From the NCBI GenBank assembly GCA_038061225.1, contig JBBTZT010000003.1:113092-177091 (forward strand): a stretch of DNA of 64,000 nt, read 5' to 3'. The stretch's first letter is position 1. The number at the start of each line of letters is the position of its first letter. Shown piece by piece: positions 58,159 through 64,000 of this stretch. The DNA comes from Patescibacteria group bacterium (GTDB lineage: Bacteria > Patescibacteriota > Microgenomatia > UBA8517). The notes beneath the pieces were generated by a model. The model had not been told where the DNA came from. It ran no database searches and was given only the letters and a program-made list of their open reading frames with translations. Position numbers and translations under genes: made by a program.

Positions 58159-59238
58159 ATGAAATTTATAGATTTGGCAGGAGAATATCAAAATATTAAA
58201 AAAGAGATTGATGCTTCTATTCAAAGAGTTTTGAACAGTGGAGTCTATATTTTGGGAAGTGAAGTCGAAAATTTCGAAAATAGGTTAGCCAGTTATATTG
58301 GAACTAAATTTGCAGTTGGCTTGGCTTCAGGAACTGACGCACTTACCTTAGCTGTTAAATCCTTAGGACTTAAAAAAAATGATTCCATTTTAATGCCCGC
58401 TAATGTTTATCCAACAGTTTTTGGCGTTGCTCTTTCAGGAGTAAAGATAAAATTGGCTGATGTTAATGCTGAAAGTCTAAACATAGATATTGAAAATGTA
58501 AAAAAATATTATTCAAAAGATGTGAAAGCAATTTTAGTAGTCCATTTGTATGGCAACCCAGTTAATCTTGATCCAATAATAAAATTTTGTAAAGAAAAGA
58601 AAATTTACTTGATCGAAGATTGTGCACAAGCGGCAGGAAGTGAATATAAAGGTAGGAAAACAGGCTCATTTGGTGATATTTCGTGTTTTAGTTTCTATCC
58701 AACTAAAAACTTAGGGACTTATGGAGATGGTGGAGCTGTTCTTACCAATAATAAAAAGTTTTACAAGAGAGTTAAAAGTTTGAGAATGTACGGAGAGCAG
58801 GGTAGGTATAATAGTGTTGAAGTAGGACATAATAGTAGATTGGATGAAATACATGCTGCAATACTTTCTGTAAAATTGAAACATCTGGATAAAGGGAATT
58901 TGAAAAGACATAAAATTGCAAGAGTATACGATTCGCTTTTAGCTAAAAAGAATATAGAAATAGTTAAAGAAAATAATCAGGGAAAATCTAATTACCATCT
59001 TTATGTTATAAAAGTAAATAAAAGAGAAAAGTTAATTGAGTTGTTAAAGTCTAAAGATATTCCATCTGTGATACATTATCCACTTCCAATACACTTGGTT
59101 AAATCATTTTCCCATTTAGGATATAAAAAAGGAGATTTTCCAATAACAGAAGATTCTTCAGAAAAAGTACTTTCTTTACCCATGTATCCTGAAATAAAAA
59201 AAGAAGATGTGGTCAAAATATCAAATTTAATAAAATGA
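58159..59238 (+). CDS. DegT/DnrJ/EryC1/StrS-family PLP-dependent sugar aminotransferase (ArnB-like)
   Basis: N-terminal EIDASIQRVLNSGVYILGSEVENFE pattern; about 360 aa; Lys-containing SFYPTKNLG motif. Confidence 0.8.
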   Translation: MKFIDLAGEYQNIKKEIDASIQRVLNSGVYILGSEVENFENRLASYIGTKFAVGLASGTDALTLAVKSLGLKKNDSILMPANVYPTVFGVALSGVKIKLADVNAESLNIDIENVKKYYSKDVKAILVVHLYGNPVNLDPIIKFCKEKKIYLIEDCAQAAGSEYKGRKTGSFGDISCFSFYPTKNLGTYGDGGAVLTNNKKFYKRVKSLRMYGEQGRYNSVEVGHNSRLDEIHAAILSVKLKHLDKGNLKRHKIARVYDSLLAKKNIEIVKENNQGKSNYHLYVIKVNKREKLIELLKSKDIPSVIHYPLPIHLVKSFSHLGYKKGDFPITEDSSEKVLSLPMYPEIKKEDVVKISNLIK

Positions 59239-60488
59239 AAATATGTATCCTCACACACACTTTTCCAAGGTTTGAAAAAGATGTAGCTGCTCCTTTTATG
59301 GATGGAGTAGCATCAGGGATGGTGGAAAATAAAAATGAAGTAATAGTTCTAACTCCTTTTTCATCAAAATTTGGGAAAAATTTAAAATCTAAAAAATATA
59401 AACTGGTTTTGTATAGATATGTCCCTTTTGATAGTTGGCATAAACTTGGCTATTCCGAAACACTAACAAATGATAAAACATTAAAATTTACTAATCTCCT
59501 ACTTTCTCCATTAATGTTTATTTTTGGAACTATTGCGTTATATAAATTAGTCAAAAAAGAAAAAATAGATATAGTTAATGCTCATTGGATATTACCTAAT
59601 GGATTTATAGCAAGTGTTGTTTCTAAATTGACAGAAGTTCCTGTGGTTTCAACACTTCCCGGATCAGATGTTTATATGGCAGATAGAAATAACCTTTATA
59701 GATATATGGCAAAATTTGCAGCAGAAACATCAAGTGCAATATCGAGTAACAGTCCACAGCTTTTAGAAGATTTGGCTCAAATCTGTGAAAAGTTGGGAAC
59801 TAAAAAAGGATCAATTCAAAAGAAATCTTTTCCGATCATGTATGGAACTGATCCTAAAAAATTATATCCTACCACTAAAAATGTGCTAAAAATACGAAAG
59901 AAACTTAACATTAAAAAAGAAAACTTAGTAATATCATCTGTGGGTAGGTTGGTGTCTAAAAAGGGATATAAGTATCTAATTGAAGCTGCTCCTACGGTTA
60001 TTAAAAAGAATAGAAATGTTGTGTTTATGATATTTGGCGAGGGAGATCAACGTCAAGAGCTAGAACAAAGAGTTCGTGAACTAAAATTGGAACAATATTT
60101 CCGATTTCCTGGATGGGTTAAATATGATGAGATGCTTTATTATCAAAACCTTGGAGATATTTTTGTTTTACCATCAATAAGAGATGAAGAGGGTAACTTA
60201 GATGATCAATCAGTTTCTGTTGTAGAAGCGATGGCCTGTGCAAAACCTGTAGTTACAACAGATTTCCCTGGTTATAAGATAGTTATAGAAAATGGTAAAA
60301 ACGGATATCTAGTTCCTGAAAAGAGAAGCGATTTAATAGCTAAGGCATTAATTGATATATCTACTTCAAAAACAAAAATGGTATCTATGTCAAAAAGGTC
60401 GCGACATCTAGTTGTTAATAATTTAACTTGGAGAGTCATTGGGTCACAATATACAAATCTTTTTAAAAAACTGTTAAATAATGAATAA
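59235..60488 (+). CDS. GT4 family glycosyltransferase
   Basis: SVSVVEAMACAKPVVTT. Confidence 0.7.
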   Translation: MKICILTHTFPRFEKDVAAPFMDGVASGMVENKNEVIVLTPFSSKFGKNLKSKKYKLVLYRYVPFDSWHKLGYSETLTNDKTLKFTNLLLSPLMFIFGTIALYKLVKKEKIDIVNAHWILPNGFIASVVSKLTEVPVVSTLPGSDVYMADRNNLYRYMAKFAAETSSAISSNSPQLLEDLAQICEKLGTKKGSIQKKSFPIMYGTDPKKLYPTTKNVLKIRKKLNIKKENLVISSVGRLVSKKGYKYLIEAAPTVIKKNRNVVFMIFGEGDQRQELEQRVRELKLEQYFRFPGWVKYDEMLYYQNLGDIFVLPSIRDEEGNLDDQSVSVVEAMACAKPVVTTDFPGYKIVIENGKNGYLVPEKRSDLIAKALIDISTSKTKMVSMSKRSRHLVVNNLTWRVIGSQYTNLFKKLLNNE

Positions 60489-61173
60489 ATATTACTCCGA
60501 TGAGGTTCCAAAGATTTTAGATGTAGTCAAAAGAAAAAGAATTGGAAACCAAATCTTTAGAGTGTTAAAAATTCATTGTAAAAACTTGTCCAATTTGCGA
60601 GTTCTAGATTATGGCTGTTCAACTGGCGTGATATCAGATATCATTTCAAAAAAAACAAGATCAGTTGTAGGTATAGACGTCGATAAAAAAGCGATTACAA
60701 TGGCTAGAAAAAAGTTTAAAAGAAGTAATCTCAAGTTTAAGATGACAAATAGTATAAAGACAGACTTTAAAGATGAATATTTCGATATTATAATCGCAAA
60801 CCAAATCTATGAGTTTGTCGATAGCGATAAGGAATTGATGAAGGAGTTGTATCGGTTACTAAAGACTGGTGGGGTTTGTTTTTTTGGAGCTAGGAATAAA
60901 TATGCGATTATCGAGGCGCAATATAATATCCCTTTTTTGTCATGGTTACCGTTTCAAGTTCCAGGGTTTGTTGGAAAATACAGATCATACTTCGGTCTTA
61001 AAAGTTTAGCAAAAAATTTTACAATTCATGATTATACAAGTAATATTTTATTGGATCCAGTCAAGTATGGTTTTGACAAATTAGAAAAATATAAATGGTT
61101 ATTTAAAATATTACCCTTGAAATTGATTATATCGTTAATACCAAATTACATATGGATTTTAGAAAAAAAGTAA
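60481..61173 (+). CDS. Class I SAM-dependent methyltransferase
   Basis: VLDYGCSTGVIS motif I. Confidence 0.7.
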   Translation: MNKYYSDEVPKILDVVKRKRIGNQIFRVLKIHCKNLSNLRVLDYGCSTGVISDIISKKTRSVVGIDVDKKAITMARKKFKRSNLKFKMTNSIKTDFKDEYFDIIIANQIYEFVDSDKELMKELYRLLKTGGVCFFGARNKYAIIEAQYNIPFLSWLPFQVPGFVGKYRSYFGLKSLAKNFTIHDYTSNILLDPVKYGFDKLEKYKWLFKILPLKLIISLIPNYIWILEKK

Positions 61174-63302
61174 ATAAATTTACAAAAAAATATTGGGATA
61201 AAATTGCGATTAGTATTGTGCCAATATTATTTTTAATTATTGGAACAACTACACTCTCTGATTATGGAGTAAATTGGGATGAGCCATTCCATTTTATGCG
61301 TGGACAAGCTTATCTTCATTATTATCTTTCTGGTGGACAAAAAGATTATAAATCATTGCCTCCATATCCCAGAATAAATATTAACTGTGTCGACACTAAT
61401 AATCCTGCATGCGATTTTTCTCCTGGTGGCCCATCAGATAGAGAAAATTATAACGGGAGTAATTTAATTTATGAAGAAGCCATTAAGAAGCTGTATCCAA
61501 AAAACTCAAATATTTGGCGTAGTTATTATCAACATGACACATATAACTTTAATGAAATAATAAAAATAGAAAATGGACATCCAGCTGTAGGGGATATTAT
61601 GGCTGCATTTTTTAATTATGTTTTTTATCAAAAATTACACATATTAGGGGATATTGAGTCATATCACTTTTTCGAAATATTTACATCATTTCTTATTGTC
61701 CTTGGGGTGTCTATTATCGTTTATTTAAAATTTGGGGTTTTTTCTGCCATTGTATCTTCGTTTGCATTAGCATCCTATCCACTATTCTTCTCAGAGTCGC
61801 ATTTTAACATTAAAGATCCGCCCGAGACTGCATTTTTTGGATTAACAATAATTTTATTTTACCTTGGAATAACCAAAAGTAAATGGGTTTATTTAATACT
61901 TTCATCTATCTTTATGGCATTCGCAGTCGGAACTAAATTTAATGCCTTTTTTATCGTACCAATTTTGGGATTATGGCTACTTTATTATATATTTACTTCT
62001 GCTTGGAGAAAAAGAAAAAATATAGCCGTAATTATCAGTTTGATTTTATATCCATTCATTACAGTATTTGTTTTTTATATTTTATGGCCTTATCTTTGGA
62101 GCAATCCTATTGAAAACTTTTTAGACATAGTTTTGTTTTATAAACAAATTGGAATGGGTACGCCTGTTGAGATGTCACAATATATATATCATGGCTGGAA
62201 TACATACCCCATTGTTTGGATTGCATATACAACACCAATACCCATATTGGTGTTATCTATTATGGGTTTTTTTGTTTCAATTTATTTATTCCTCTTTAAG
62301 AAAAATAATTTTACCTTTTTAGTTATTTTGTGGTTTTCAACCCCCATGTTACGAGCTTCGTTTCCAAACTCAGCTATATATGGTGGAGTTAGGCAATTAA
62401 TGGAGTTTTTACCAGCAATGGCAATACTTGCAGGAATAGGTACATATTATTTCGTAAAAACAATGAAATACCATAAATCTATCATACTTGTTATTTTTTT
62501 AAGTATGTTATTTGTTACCCATGAAATGGTTAAAATTCATCCTAATCAGAATGTGTATTTTAATCAGATTGTAGGAGGTCTAAAGGGTGCTAAAGATAAA
62601 AAGATACCGTACTGGGGAAATTCATACGGTAACGCATATCAGCAAGGTATCGACTGGATAAACAAAAATGCCGAAGGTAATGCAAGGGTTGGTTTGCCTA
62701 TTTCTACAATGGGAAATTTACCTTGGATTAAATTTAGGTCAGACATTGAATTTAGTAATTCGAGTTGGAGTGGCCCTAAACATGGTGGTGAATATGAAAT
62801 TGAACTAGTTTTTGATTGGGCTCCTACTGCATGGTATAGCTTTGCTTATTACGATGTCTATTTAAATCCAGTTTTTGAAGTAAAAGTTGATAATGTTGCG
62901 ATTCTTAAAGTTTGGAAGAATGACAAAAAATATATTAAAGAAGGTTATGATAAAGAATTGGTATATTTTCCAAAGTTTGTTAAAAAAGAAAAAACAAGTT
63001 TATTTATAGATATTGGAAAAGAAATATATCTATCAAGAATTACTATTAACCATGGTAAATATGGCTGCTTTGTCCAAAAAGGTGGTTATATTTCGTTGTC
63101 TAGTAATGATAAAGATTGGATACGGGAAGTTGAAGCTATCGATTATCCACAGGTTCCACCAGCTGCGATCGGTATAACTGACACTAATTTTGTCTATCTA
63201 TTTGCGGCTAAAAAAGCACGATACATACTACTTGAAACAGCGATAGATAATTCCTGCTTGTTGAAAAAAAATAATCTTGAAATAAGAGGTTTAGCTATTT
63301 GA
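61152..63302 (+). CDS. Large GT-C membrane glycosyltransferase (GT39-like) with C-terminal extracytoplasmic domain
   Basis: DYGVNWDEPFHFMRGQAY first loop. Confidence 0.55.
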   Translation: MDFRKKVNKFTKKYWDKIAISIVPILFLIIGTTTLSDYGVNWDEPFHFMRGQAYLHYYLSGGQKDYKSLPPYPRININCVDTNNPACDFSPGGPSDRENYNGSNLIYEEAIKKLYPKNSNIWRSYYQHDTYNFNEIIKIENGHPAVGDIMAAFFNYVFYQKLHILGDIESYHFFEIFTSFLIVLGVSIIVYLKFGVFSAIVSSFALASYPLFFSESHFNIKDPPETAFFGLTIILFYLGITKSKWVYLILSSIFMAFAVGTKFNAFFIVPILGLWLLYYIFTSAWRKRKNIAVIISLILYPFITVFVFYILWPYLWSNPIENFLDIVLFYKQIGMGTPVEMSQYIYHGWNTYPIVWIAYTTPIPILVLSIMGFFVSIYLFLFKKNNFTFLVILWFSTPMLRASFPNSAIYGGVRQLMEFLPAMAILAGIGTYYFVKTMKYHKSIILVIFLSMLFVTHEMVKIHPNQNVYFNQIVGGLKGAKDKKIPYWGNSYGNAYQQGIDWINKNAEGNARVGLPISTMGNLPWIKFRSDIEFSNSSWSGPKHGGEYEIELVFDWAPTAWYSFAYYDVYLNPVFEVKVDNVAILKVWKNDKKYIKEGYDKELVYFPKFVKKEKTSLFIDIGKEIYLSRITINHGKYGCFVQKGGYISLSSNDKDWIREVEAIDYPQVPPAAIGITDTNFVYLFAAKKARYILLETAIDNSCLLKKNNLEIRGLAI

Positions 63303-64000
63303 GTTTTTTTGCTATAGCTAAATTATATATAGCAAATTCACCATTATCGTTGCTTTTGAAAATAAAATTTAAGATATAAACTAAGATGTTTGAAAATATA
63401 CATATAATTCCAATTGGACAAAGGAGTGTAAAACCTAATATTTTAAGTTGTATTGATTTATTATTTACTAAAGATTTTATTCTATATAGTAAAAATACAT
63501 TAAAATATTGACCTGTTAGTTCAAAATAATTACCCAAAGATTGAATTTTGGTGATGGTAAAACCTGATTCGTTTAACATTTTTTCAAGGGAGTATTTGGT
63601 GTACCTAAAATAGTCATAAGGTGCATCGTGTAATATGTAATTTTGAACTGTTATTAAACAAATTGAACCCTTATGTTTTGTGATTCTGTACGCTTCGTTT
63701 AATGCAAGTTGCGGCTTTGGTAAATGCTCTAAAACAGATATCATTAGTGTTGTGTCAGCGTAATTGTTTTTAAGCGGAATTTTTATAGCGTCAGCTAATA
63801 TATCAGGCTTGTCTTTATTTAAATATTTTTTTGAAACATCTGGATGATCAACTCCGATATATTTTTTATATTTGCTAAGTAATGTGTCCTTGTATTTTTG
63901 TCTTCCACACCCAATATCAACTATTACATCGCCTTTTATTTTTAAGGCTGAAAGAACTGCTTCGTTTTCATATTTTTTAAGAAAATATTGAGGAGCAATC
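63295..64000 (-). CDS. Class I SAM-dependent methyltransferase, 5'-partial (the frame stays open to the window end)
   Basis: Upstream in-frame translation gives GDVIVDIGCGRQ (motif I), then VLEHLPKPQLALNEAYRITKHKG. Confidence 0.65.
   Translation of the reverse strand, partial: IAPQYFLKKYENEAVLSALKIKGDVIVDIGCGRQKYKDTLLSKYKKYIGVDHPDVSKKYLNKDKPDILADAIKIPLKNNYADTTLMISVLEHLPKPQLALNEAYRITKHKGSICLITVQNYILHDAPYDYFRYTKYSLEKMLNESGFTITKIQSLGNYFELTGQYFNVFLLYRIKSLVNNKSIQLKILGFTLLCPIGIICIFSNILVYILNFIFKSNDNGEFAIYNLAIAKKLK

Noticed and set aside
1-64000. tRNA, rRNA or CRISPR content
   Set aside because: No T-loop-like GGTTCGAATCC-type motifs, no rRNA-like G+C-rich conserved blocks, and no spaced direct-repeat array were seen. 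The only repeats are 2-3.5 unit in-frame tandem repeats.
1-64000. Alternative genetic code (UGA reassignment, as in some CPR lineages)
   Set aside because: TGA is used repeatedly as the terminator in ATGA-coupled gene junctions (for example at 4936-4938, 13295-13297 and 55579-55581), so the standard bacterial code is supported.

Overview
The window is AT-rich (by eye about 30% G+C, not computed) and gene-dense, with short or overlapping junctions (many ATGA/TAATG couplings) and TGA used as a stop codon. The gene content (isolated trmD, nrnA, a 'four-helix-bundle' protein, very few metabolic genes) suggests a small-genome Patescibacteria/CPR-like bacterium. Almost the whole 64 kb is one cell-envelope glycosylation super-locus with about 59 CDSs, nearly all on the + strand from 12.6 kb to 63.3 kb. 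It holds at least 19 polytopic GT-C-type membrane glycosyltransferases (ArnT/PMT-like with D-E/D-D first-loop motifs) in five tandem paralog families plus singletons. It also holds at least 13 GT2 enzymes, several of them Dpm1/ArnC/GtrB-like polyprenyl-phosphate-sugar synthases, one fused to a GtrA domain. It further holds 4 GT4 enzymes, 2 Wzx/MOP flippases, sugar-nucleotide enzymes (WbuC cupin, RmlC, RmlD, two SDR epimerase/dehydratases, a DegT-family aminotransferase), 3 SAM methyltransferases and a large secreted protein. Small mobile or foreign-looking inserts sit inside the locus. These are a G+C-rich Nudix gene bounded by a 12-bp inverted repeat next to an AT-rich Nudix paralog, and a Bro-N (antirepressor/DinD-like) gene translationally coupled inside the long operon. 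There is also a Phd/YefM-RelE toxin-antitoxin pair with its operator, followed by a 33-codon pseudo-copy of the downstream SDR gene start, and a four-helix-bundle gene flanked by imperfect inverted repeats. An identical 18-bp G+C-rich perfect palindrome (CCTGCCTGCGCAGGCAGG) occurs twice, in the same reading phase, in two non-homologous GT-C genes. There are also several in-frame short tandem repeats. No rRNA, tRNA or CRISPR was recognised.
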